Positions 47,524 through 57,500 of a DNA stretch of 64,000 bases are shown in pieces (the stretch's first letter is position 1; each line of letters opens with the position of its first letter). The DNA comes from Hamiltosporidium tvaerminnensis FI-OER-3-3 (Eukaryota > Fungi > Microsporidia). Under the pieces are notes generated by a model that saw only the letters and a program-made list of their open reading frames with translations, did not search any database and was not told where the DNA came from. The translations under genes and the position numbers were made by a program. The stretch is from NCBI GenBank assembly GCA_022605425.2, contig JAKIMF020000001.1:1240001-1304000 (forward strand), read 5' to 3'.

Positions 47524-49944
47524 CTATATTTTTATACCTTTAACCTTTAATTCCTTACAAAGTAAATAAAACATAATAACACTACTACATATACCTAATA
47601 ACCCTCCACATACTACATCATGCATATGATGTCTATTATCATATATACGACTAACACCTACAGCACTACTTATAGAAATACCTATAAATATTATTAAAAT
47701 TAAAGGTATAAACCTAAGTATTTTAGTATTCTTTAAAGTAATTCTATTTATGCGAGTTTCAAGGGTTAGGGAAGGGTTAGTAGGGTTATTGGTAAGGTTA
47801 TGGTTAATACTTTTGTTAGAAAGGTGATAGTTATTACTAACACCCTGTTGTTTATAGGTACTATCAATAACACCCTGTTGTTCATTAGTACTGATGTTAA
47901 CACCCTGTTGTTTATGTGTACTATCAATAACACCCTTATAGTCATCTATACTGTTACTAACACCCTTATAACCATCAATAGTATCATTAACACCCTCTTC
48001 CATACCTTCGAACTTACTACTAGTATTAACACCCTTATAATCCTCTATACTGTTATTAACACCCTCTTCAATACCTTCTAACTTATTACTAGTATTAACA
48101 CCCTTATAATCATCTATAATGTTATTAACACCCTCTTCCATACCTTCTAACTTACTACTAGTATTAACACCCTTATAATCATCTATAATGTTATTAACAC
48201 CCTCTTCCATACCTTCGAACTTACTACTAGTATTAACACCCTTATAATCCTCTATACTGTTATTAACACCCTCTTCCATACCTTCTAACTCTTTACTACT
48301 AGTATTAACACCCTTATAATCATCTATACTATTATTAACACCCTCTTCCATACCTTCTAACTTACTACTATAACTATCCCCTCCATACTTCTTATATATA
48401 ACAAGTATTATATATACAATACTACAAAACATAGAAGATGTATGTCCAGAAGGAAAACTCTTTCTACCTTCTCTTATAATAAAAGGTTTACCTGTACATA
48501 TACCTAATACTGGTATACATCTATCTATAAAGTCAGGTCTTAATTCTCCTATAATTATTTTTAAAATACCTATCAGTGCATTGTTAAGTGTATATGAAGT
48601 TATAAAGTAAAGAAGAAGTAAATAGATTGCAATATTATTATCAGGGTTGGGGTTGTTAGTACTACTCTTATCAATAACAGGGTGTTGTTTGAAAGTACTG
48701 TTGCTAAAACCCTCTTCTTTACTACTCTTCATATTAACACCCTGTTGTTTATTATTATTGTTAATAACACCCTCCTCTTTACTACTCTTCATATTAACAC
48801 CCTGTTGTTTATTATTATTGTAAATAACACCCTCTTCTTTACTAATCTTCATATTAACAACCTGTTGTTTATTATTATTGTTAATAACACCCTCTTCTTT
48901 ACTACTCTTCATATTAACACCCTGTTGTTTATTATTATTGTTACTAACACCCTCTTCTATACTAATAGAGTTATTAACACCCTGTTGTTTATTATTATTG
49001 TAAATAACACCCTCTTCTTTACTAATCTTCATATTAACAACCTGTTGTTTATTATTATTGTTACTAACACCCTCTTCTTTACTACTCTTCATATTAACAC
49101 CCTGTTGTTTATTATTATTGTTACTAACACCCTCTTCTTTACTACTCTTCATATTAACAACCTGTTGTTTATTATTATTGTAAATAACACCCTCATCTAT
49201 ACTAATAGAGTTATTAACACACTCTAATACACTACTATCACTAACACCCTTTAATACATTACTCTTATAATTAACACCCTCTTCTTTACTACTATGACTA
49301 ACACCGTTATAATTACCACCCTTATAATTACTCTTATAATTAACACCCTCTTCTATACTAATACAGTTACTAACACCCTTATAATTACTACTATCCCTAA
49401 CACCCTCTTCTATACTAATACAGTTACTAACACCCTCTAATACACTACTCTTATAATTAACACCCTCTAATACACTACTCTTATAATTAACACCCTCTAA
49501 TACACTACTATCATTAACACCCTCTAATACACTACTAGTATTAACACCCTCTAATACACTACTCTTATAATTACCACCCTTATAATTACTCTTATAATTA
49601 ACACCCTCTTCTTTACTAATACAGTTACTAACACCCTTATAATTACTACTATCCCTAACACCCTCTTCTATACTAATACAGTTACTAACACCCTCTTCCT
49701 TACTAATACAGTTACTACTAATTGACCTGTTAAATACCTTTTCTATAACAATAATAAGAATAATAGGTATTATAAAAGAAATAACAATCAATTCATTATT
49801 ATTAATAATTTCTTTATTCTTATATTTATATTGTATAGAAATATCTGTTATTTTATAATGTCTATGTCTTGGTTCTATATAATTCGTTATTAAAGAAATA
49901 AGTGTTGTAGATATTAATAATATGTAAAGATTGTAGTTTACCAT
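47524..49944 (-). CDS. PAP2-family lipid phosphate phosphatase (DPP1/LPP1-like) with two large in-frame repeat insertions
   Basis: C1 KIIIGELRP, C2 SFPSGH, C3 SRIYDNRHHMHD; hydrophobic TM segments; intact 806-aa ORF. Confidence 0.95.
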   Translation of the reverse strand: MVNYNLYILLISTTLISLITNYIEPRHRHYKITDISIQYKYKNKEIINNNELIVISFIIPIILIIVIEKVFNRSISSNCISKEEGVSNCISIEEGVRDSSNYKGVSNCISKEEGVNYKSNYKGGNYKSSVLEGVNTSSVLEGVNDSSVLEGVNYKSSVLEGVNYKSSVLEGVSNCISIEEGVRDSSNYKGVSNCISIEEGVNYKSNYKGGNYNGVSHSSKEEGVNYKSNVLKGVSDSSVLECVNNSISIDEGVIYNNNKQQVVNMKSSKEEGVSNNNNKQQGVNMKSSKEEGVSNNNNKQQVVNMKISKEEGVIYNNNKQQGVNNSISIEEGVSNNNNKQQGVNMKSSKEEGVINNNNKQQVVNMKISKEEGVIYNNNKQQGVNMKSSKEEGVINNNNKQQGVNMKSSKEEGFSNSTFKQHPVIDKSSTNNPNPDNNIAIYLLLLYFITSYTLNNALIGILKIIIGELRPDFIDRCIPVLGICTGKPFIIREGRKSFPSGHTSSMFCSIVYIILVIYKKYGGDSYSSKLEGMEEGVNNSIDDYKGVNTSSKELEGMEEGVNNSIEDYKGVNTSSKFEGMEEGVNNIIDDYKGVNTSSKLEGMEEGVNNIIDDYKGVNTSNKLEGIEEGVNNSIEDYKGVNTSSKFEGMEEGVNDTIDGYKGVSNSIDDYKGVIDSTHKQQGVNISTNEQQGVIDSTYKQQGVSNNYHLSNKSINHNLTNNPTNPSLTLETRINRITLKNTKILRFIPLILIIFIGISISSAVGVSRIYDNRHHMHDVVCGGLLGICSSVIMFYLLCKELKVKGIKI

Positions 49945-50553
49945 ATGTGTGTGTGTTATGTAGGAGAATAGAGGGGTAGTGTGTTACTAAATAATAATGA
50001 GGGGTGGTGATGTGGGTATAGGGGTATTAATTAAAGTATCCATAGATAAAGGGGTATTAAGTATAAGGATAGTAAATAAAGGGGTATTAATTAAAGTATC
50101 CATAGATAAAGGGGTATTAAGTAAAGGATAGTAAATAAAGGGGTATTAAGTATAAGGATAGTAAATAAAGGGGTATTAAGTATTAGTATTAGTAGATAAA
50201 GGGGTATTAATTAAAGTATCCATAGATAAAGGGGTATTAAGTATAAGGATAGTAAATAAAGGGGTATTAAGTATAAGGATAGTAGATAAAGGGGTATTAA
50301 GTATTAGTATTAATAGATAAAGGGGTATTAATTATCTGTATTAATAGATAAAGGGTAAAATTTTTAAGGATAGTAAATAAAGGGTCAAATCTATAAGAGA
50401 TATAATTTATATTGCTAACACTCCTTTATATCCTATATCACCCCTCCTACATCCTATATCCTATATCACCCCTCCCTCATATCCCTCATATCCCTCATAT
50501 CCCTCATATCCTATATCACCCCTTCTCCTTAACCCTTTAATTTAACAACCCCT
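49945..50553. promoter_or_regulatory. Divergent promoter region built from mirrored repeats
   Basis: AAAGGGGTATTAA units at about 50020-50385, short AT core at about 50386-50415, ATATCCCTC/CACCCCT units at about 50416-50553; CCC motif before both ATGs. Confidence 0.7.
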
Positions 50554-51294
50554 ATGTTTCAAACAGAAGAACTTACAGGAACAACAATAATGGCTATATC
50601 TTATAAAGATGGTGTTATCTTAGGAGCAGACACACGTACAAGTATGGGTAATTATATACCTAACAGAATAACAGATAAAATAACTAAAATAACACCTAAT
50701 ATATACTGTTGTAGATCAGGATCATCTGCAGACACACAAGCTGTATGTAGAGTAGTTAAAGGGTTAATAGAGAAGTACATATATATAGAGGAGTATGATA
50801 GTAGTGTTGTTGGTAGGAGTGGGAGTGGTAGTGGTAATGGTGGTAGTGGTAATAACAATAGTACTAACACCCCTTCTACTAACAGTAGTACTAACACCCC
50901 TCACCCTCACACTAACACCCCTCACACTAACAACACTAACAACACTCCAGTTCGCACTGCTGCTATCCTTTGTAAGAATGTTATTTACAAATATAAAAAC
51001 CTTTTAGCTTCTTTAATAATAGCAGGTTATGATAATATAGAAGGTGGTAGTGTATATGTTATAGGATTAGGTGGTTATTTAATAAGAAGAGAATGGGCTT
51101 TAGGTGGTAGTGGTTCTCCTTATATTTATGGTTATGTAGATAAGATGTATAGAAATGATTTTACTTTTGAAGAAAGGGTTATGTTTGTTAAAGAGTGTGT
51201 TTCTATGGCTATTGGTAGGGATACTTCTTCTGGTGGATGTGTTAGGATTATGGTTATTAGTAAGGAGGGTATTAAGAGGTATTATAGTGAGTAG
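50554..51294 (+). CDS. PRE3: 20S proteasome beta-1 subunit with a ~50-aa in-frame repeat insertion
   Basis: Short propeptide ending G/TTIMA (catalytic Thr1), GADTRTS, NRITDKIT, CCRSGSSADTQ, GGSGSPYIYGY, RDTSSGG. Confidence 0.95.
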   Translation: MFQTEELTGTTIMAISYKDGVILGADTRTSMGNYIPNRITDKITKITPNIYCCRSGSSADTQAVCRVVKGLIEKYIYIEEYDSSVVGRSGSGSGNGGSGNNNSTNTPSTNSSTNTPHPHTNTPHTNNTNNTPVRTAAILCKNVIYKYKNLLASLIIAGYDNIEGGSVYVIGLGGYLIRREWALGGSGSPYIYGYVDKMYRNDFTFEERVMFVKECVSMAIGRDTSSGGCVRIMVISKEGIKRYYSE

Positions 51295-52450
51295 GTGAGG
51301 GAGGGTGTTATAGTGAGTAGGGTGAGGGAGGGTGTTAGTATAAAGGGTGAGGGAGAGGGTGTTAGTATATATGTAATAAGATAGTAAAGGTAATAGGTGT
51401 TAGTATATATGTAATAAGATAGTAGAGGTAATAGGTGTTAGTAATATAGTATGGTAGTAGTAAAGGTAATAAAGACTTTCTTTGTTAATAATCAGTAATT
51501 TATACTAATAGGTGTTATTTATACTACTAGGTGTTATTTATACTACTAGGTTTTATTTATATTACTAGGTGTTATTTATACTAATAGGTGTTATTTATAC
51601 TACTAGGTGTTATTTATACTACTAGGTGTTATTTATACTAATAGGTGTTATTTATACTAATAGGTGTTATTTATACTACTAGGTGTTATTTATACTACTA
51701 GGTGTTATTTATACTAATAGGTGTTATTTATACTAATAGGTGTTATTTATACTACTAGGTGTTATTTATACTACTAGGTGTTATTTATACTAATAGGTGT
51801 TATTTTACTGTTATTTCTCTTTTACTGTTATTTATACTACTAGGTGTTATTTATACTACTAGGTGTTATTTTACTGTTATTTCTCTTTTACTGTTATTTA
51901 TACTAATAGGTGTTATTTATACTAATAGGTGTTATTTTACTGTTATTTCTCTTTTACTGTTATTTATACTAATAGGTGTTATTTATACTAATAGGTGTTA
52001 TTTTACTGTTATTTCTCTTTTACTGTTATTTATACTAATAGGTGTTATTTATACTACTAGGTGTTATTTATACTACTAGGTGTTATTTTACTGTTATTTC
52101 TCTTTTACTGTTATTTATACTACTAGGTGTTATTTATACTACTAGGTGTTATTTTACTGTTATTTATACTAATAGGTGTTATTTATACTAATAGGTGTTA
52201 TTTATACTACTAGGTGTTATTTTACTATTATTTATACTAATAGGTGTTATTTATACTAATAGGTGTTATTTATACTAATAGGTGTTATTTTACTGTTATT
52301 TCTCTTTTATTGTTATTTATACTAATAGGTGTTATTTTACTGTTATTTATCTATTACTGTTACTTATATTACCTACAGTCTTATTACTTATATTTATACT
52401 ACTTACTTACTTATACTACTTACTTACTTATATTACCTACAGTCTTATTA
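51295..52450. repeat. G/T-rich array downstream of PRE3, including a 20-nt satellite TATACTA(A/C)TAGGTGTTATTT
   Basis: gagggtgtta units at 51295-51470; 20-mer tandem units at about 51500-52340, interleaved with tactgttatttctctt. Confidence 0.92.
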
Positions 52451-52572
52451 CTTACTTTGTATTTTTTGGTGTTTAATTAAATATTTTATTTTAAGCTTTA
52501 TTTATATAAATAACTCTAATATAATTTATATTCTTAAGTACTATTGAATGTCTTTAATATTTATATCAATAG

Positions 52573-52678
52573 GTTAAATACTATTGAATAACTAACTAGG
52601 ATGTAGTAGTTAAATACTATTGAATAACTAACTAGGATGTAGTAGTTAAATACTATTGAATAACTAACTAGAATGTAG
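52573..52678. repeat. 36-nt tandem repeat x3
   Basis: gttaaatactattgaataactaactaggatgtagta repeated head-to-tail with no spacers. Confidence 0.9.
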
Positions 52679-53221
52679 TTTAAGAAAGTTATTTTTTAAT
52701 AACTGATTTTAATTATATTGAGAATAATTATGAGATAATAAAATAAATAAACTATTAGTGAATCCTAGAGATATAAATGAACTATTAGATTAGGATATAA
52801 ATATGTATTTCAAAGTATTTGAGAAGAATAGACTTTAAGCTCGTAGAAACGAACTTTTTATCACCTGCATAAGAAAAATTTGCCAAAAATAATCTTAACT
52901 TTTATTATCTGGGCTATAGTTTCTTAATCTTTTCAATAAAAACTTCTTGCTCAACTTGTCTGCTTTCCTTATATTTTTGAAGTCTTTTATTCTCAAATTA
53001 TTATCTGCTTTTGAGAAATTGGCGAATAAAAATTTAGGTTTTTTAAAAACGATTTCTCTGTTTCTTTGTTAATTTTTTTAAATTTTTCAACAGTTTAACT
53101 TCGCTTTTTCTGTTTATTCTGCTCAATTTCCACACATTTTTATTATATTCTGTCTTTTTTTCTCAAAGAAATTTATCCATGTGAAGAATTTCCTGTGTCT
53201 AAAAAAACCGTGGTTTTTAAC

Positions 53222-53399
53222 GATGTTGCATTGATTAATCTATTTATTGTATAAATTCTTAGTCATTTTTATAAAAAAATCTTTTGATTTAAAAAGTATA
53301 AAGTTACATGGATGTTGCATTGATTAATCTATTTATTGTATAAATTCTTAGTCATTTTTATAAAAAAATCTTTTGATTTAAAAAGTATAAAGTTACATG
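53222..53399. repeat. Perfect 89-nt tandem duplication
   Basis: 53222-53310 is identical to 53311-53399. Confidence 0.9.
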
Positions 53400-53899
53400 A
53401 AGATATTCAGGCAATATTTGTTTTGTGCAATTATTATTGAGAATATAAATATATTACACAGAAGAAAGGTAGAAAAACATCATTTGTATCATTCAATTTT
53501 TTATGCAGCTGTAAATTCTTAGAAAAGAAAACTTAACCAAGTGATTTAATTTTTTTTTAAACAGAATACTTTAGAAAATGAAAAAATATATTTATTTGTT
53601 TTTCCTTCCATATTAATACAGTCTAGAAGGAATGTTTACGATTTTTATTTAAATCTTTTTTTGAAGCAATGAATCTTTTTAATTGTTTTATGTTTGGTTC
53701 TACTCACTATTATTGGTTGCATAAGATTTATGAACAAATAGAAAGAGACATATCTTAATTAGAGCACGCATATTGGGGTTATATTATTTTAACCATTAAA
53801 CATTTAGAGTGAGTCTCATTAGAGACATTACTGAATTATATAAATGATAATTGTGTATTTTTATTGATAAAGTAAGTATTTGAATTTAAAGAAGTTTAT

Positions 53900-54120
53900 A
53901 TTAAAAAGAAAAGAATTAAAAGTAGAATAATAAAGATGGAAGATATAGAATTATAGAAGATATAAAGATAGAATAATTAGAGAATACTAAAACACTAAAA
54001 CTATTAAATACTAAAACTACTAAAACTATAAAATAATAGAATACAAAAACTACGAAATACTAAAAAACTACAAAATACTAAATACTAAAACTACAATACA
54101 CTATACAAGATAAGAATATA
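53900..54120. repeat. Low-complexity tract switching from AG-rich to AC-rich
   Basis: agaataataaagatggaagatatagaa... then atactaaaacactaaaact... at the 3' end of the minus-strand 87-aa gene. Confidence 0.6.
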
Positions 54121-54130
54121 AATATGTGTT

Positions 54131-54394
54131 TTAGTCAGTATTATCATCAATGAAATATAAATTAGATTTTTCTAAAGAACAATAATCTTTATCATCAATA
54201 CTTACATACTTATTGTTAGTTGTATTGTCAATGATCATAGAATCTTCTATATACTTTTTAAGACATATTAGTTTTGCTTCTTCTTTTTGTAAAAGACTTA
54301 TTTCATTTAATATGTTAATACGTCTTGTTCTTAGTTTTCTTTCTAAATCTTTTAATTTTTGTATTGTTGGTAATATACATTCATTGGATAGCAT
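54131..54394 (-). CDS. Small coiled-coil protein, possibly SNAPC5/SNAP19-like
   Basis: ATG preceded by a CCCC motif on the minus strand. IQKLKDLERKL...ILNEISLLQKEEAKL aligns without gaps to the recalled SNAPC5 helix LQELRKEEETL...LHDQLNRLKVEELAL; acidic tail. CDS likely, identity tentative. Confidence 0.65.
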   Translation of the reverse strand: MLSNECILPTIQKLKDLERKLRTRRINILNEISLLQKEEAKLICLKKYIEDSMIIDNTTNNKYVSIDDKDYCSLEKSNLYFIDDNTD

Positions 54395-54421
54395 TTAAAA
54401 GAGGGGATTGGGTTTTTTACT

Positions 54422-54570
54422 TTTGAAAAAATGTAAATTAATAACGGAAGAGTATTTTTATATTTGAATTGAAATTTATATTTTAAAAAAGTGGGAAAAT
54501 ATTTGAAGAAATGCAAATTAATAACGTAAGAGTATTTTTGTATTTGAATTGAAATTTATATTTTAAGAAA
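54422..54570. repeat. Imperfect ~80-nt-period duplication upstream of the 87-aa gene
   Basis: tttgaa(a/g)aaatg(t/c)aaattaataacg(g/t)aagagtattttt...gaaatttatatttt at 54422 and 54502. Confidence 0.8.
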
Positions 54571-57500
54571 TTATATACGAATATATTGAATTATTAAAAT
54601 ATAAATAAATAACCGAGGTAATGAGAATGGATTTGAGAAAGTAAATTAAATATTATTAACGAAGAAACGAATGGATTTGTTAATAAATTATTTTTGATTC
54701 AGAATTTTGGTGTATAAAAATATTTTATTCGGATGTATTTGATTAATTTTTATTTCTTTTGGTATTTCTTTTAGGAAATAAAATTTTAAACTTTTCAAGA
54801 AATTTATAATTATTTAATATTCCTGTTAAATATTCTATTTCATACTGTATTAATATTAGAAAGTTATTATAACTAAAATATTATATAATCATTTTTTTAA
54901 GCTTGTATTGAGATTTATTATAGAATTTTTAGTAAATGTCTTAATATATGATCTTTTTAAGAATGGAATTATAAAAAAAAACTTAAAATATTATTAATTG
55001 TGAATATATGTGTTAAAAAGGACTTAAGTATTCATTTGTTCTTTATTACTGAAGTGTCTTTTCAGTTGAAAAAAGTATATTATAAATTAAACATAACAAA
55101 TGTCTATCTATTTTTAAGCTATGTATTAAAAACCATTCTGATTTATTTAATTAACTATTTGGGAAATAGTTGACAAGAATGTTTAAAGTACATATATTGA
55201 ACCTGTAAAATGTTTTTTAAAGGTAAAATATATTAATTAAATTAAATTAAATTCTTTTGGTTGGTTCAATTAAATTCTCGATAAAAGAAATGAAATACTA
55301 TATTTGTATTTTGATTTCAAATACAGATAAAGAAATTAATGGGAAAAGTTTAGTTTTAGATTTTAAAGCCCTAAATTATATAATATATCAGAAATACCGT
55401 ATTTTATAAACTTAAATCATCGAAAATTTTTTAATTCATCTTTACATTGCATTAATATATACTCATTGGTTTTATTAAGTTTGATTTGAATATTTTGGAT
55501 ACTATTTTATAATCAAGGTCGATATTTTTTATTTTATCTTTGATGATTATTTTTTGATAAATTAAACTATCTATAATAATATATTGTGTACAGACTTTAA
55601 TTTTTTTTGGTATTCTTTCTTGTGTGTATGTGTTATCGTACTAGTTTTTTTTTGAATATGTTACGACAATAAGGAATATCTCTGTCAATATACAAGGCAG
55701 ATAAGATGTTATTGAAAGTATTTTAGATTTTAATGTAAAATTGGCAAATAAATAAAATGAGTAAGATTGAAAAAAAAAGAATAAACATTGAAATACTATG
55801 GATCAAGGAATAATGTCATCTTTTGGCAAGGTGCACTGATTTTTTATTTCAATCACTTTATATCCGAACTAGAAATAACTTACATAATCAAAATTAATCA
55901 CATAAGTTGGTATGTGAGAGCATTTGTAAAATTTAAAAGCTATATGTGAATTCGTTTAGAATAATTTCTGAAGTAAACTACACAAACCTTGGAATGTGTT
56001 TACTCAAAAGTGTGTAATAGCTTTCAGAATGAATATGGCATAGAATCACATAATATCATTCCCTTTTGAAATAATATAAAACAGCACATACAAAGATTTC
56101 AAAAAACTAAGATACTAACACTTAACTATCTATAAATTTACTGATCAGCTTGATCCAGCTTTATTGATGAATATTTTGCCTTTTTTGTTGATCAAATACG
56201 GATATGGCGCAGATTAGAGTAAGACTATAGAGGGGGAATAAATCTTTTATCAAACTCACAAAGGATTTCGAATCGGCTTTTTAGTCATTGAAGCAAAAAA
56301 ATCCAAAAGACTATTTTTATATCTAGTAATGAATTCTAATGAGACGTAATGTCTGGCTTAGTGTAATTTAAATCTGCATTTTATATAATAACGAAGGTCT
56401 TGGTAGAATATCTGACTAACAAGATTCAAAAGAGCGAAGAACTAGTTCTTAACAAGACAGGTCTAGGAATTAAAAAGAAAATCTATTGGTTCTTTATCAA
56501 ACTAAAATGTTTAAGATTTTGATATTTATGTCATTTTTAAGAATTTAATATATTTATTTTTTTGTAACAATATCGTCAGAAACCTTAGATGTCGACACTT
56601 TTAAAATACATAAAACATGATTCTTAGATGGGAATATTAAAAATCAATAATTAGCTCTTGTTTAATGAATGTAAAAACAGGCCTTTTATTTGATAGCAAG
56701 ATGAGAATAGTTTAGTTTCTAGATTGATTACCTAAGGTAAACATTTTTTACAAAAGAAACAGTCTTTATAGGTATGTTACAATTAAAAATTATGTATTTA
56801 TTTTACAATCTATTTATATTTCAAAATATAGAAGTTAATCTTAGGTATTAATTACAATATAAATTTCTTATGACCTCTCATATGGAAGAAGAACCTGTTC
56901 TGAACTGTAAATCTAAAGCAAAAGATATATGAAGTGGTGGTTAAACGTAAACAGGTCATAAAAAAGCTGGTTTTTTGGGTAGTAATAGAAGTTAATTCAC
57001 TCAATAACTAAATTAATATCTAATAGAATTCTTTTAAAACAAGTATGCATTTCAGCTGAAATTTATTGAATGAGAATCTCGATTCTTTTATTTAAATTTT
57101 ATTCTTAGAAGAAAAAAACTGGAATGTAATTTTTGCAACCAAAAACTTTCGTCTAGATAAAATGAACTGTAAAAAATATCAAATCATAAAGTTAAATCCT
57201 ATTTTAGCACAAAAAATTCTTAATTTTTTGACGGCAATCGAAAAATTTCTTTTGAAAAGTCTTTACGATCAACTAAGAAAACTCTTAAATATGTTTTATG
57301 GATGTTGGTGGCCTCGAAAATATGTAATAGCAGCAAAAAAGAATAACCCTGCTATTTAATTTCATATAAACAAATCTTCCTGGTCAAATAGCCTGGAAAA
57401 TATTGCATCGAGTAATAAATGAAGTTAATTCTGGTTTATGCCGGAAAAAAAGACAATTACCAAAGATATTCTAGGATACAAATACTATGTTGTTTTAGAG

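Noticed and set aside
41793-49227. Many hydrophobic antisense ORFs (poly L/V/I, INTL repeats) overlapping the helicase and PAP2
   Set aside because: Shadow frames of the low-complexity repeats; no independent coding signal
51759-52547. ORFs with LFILIGVIYTNRCY repeats
   Set aside because: Translations of the 20-nt satellite
52573-52678. 36-nt repeat of CRISPR-like length
   Set aside because: Head-to-tail with no spacers, no cas genes, eukaryotic context
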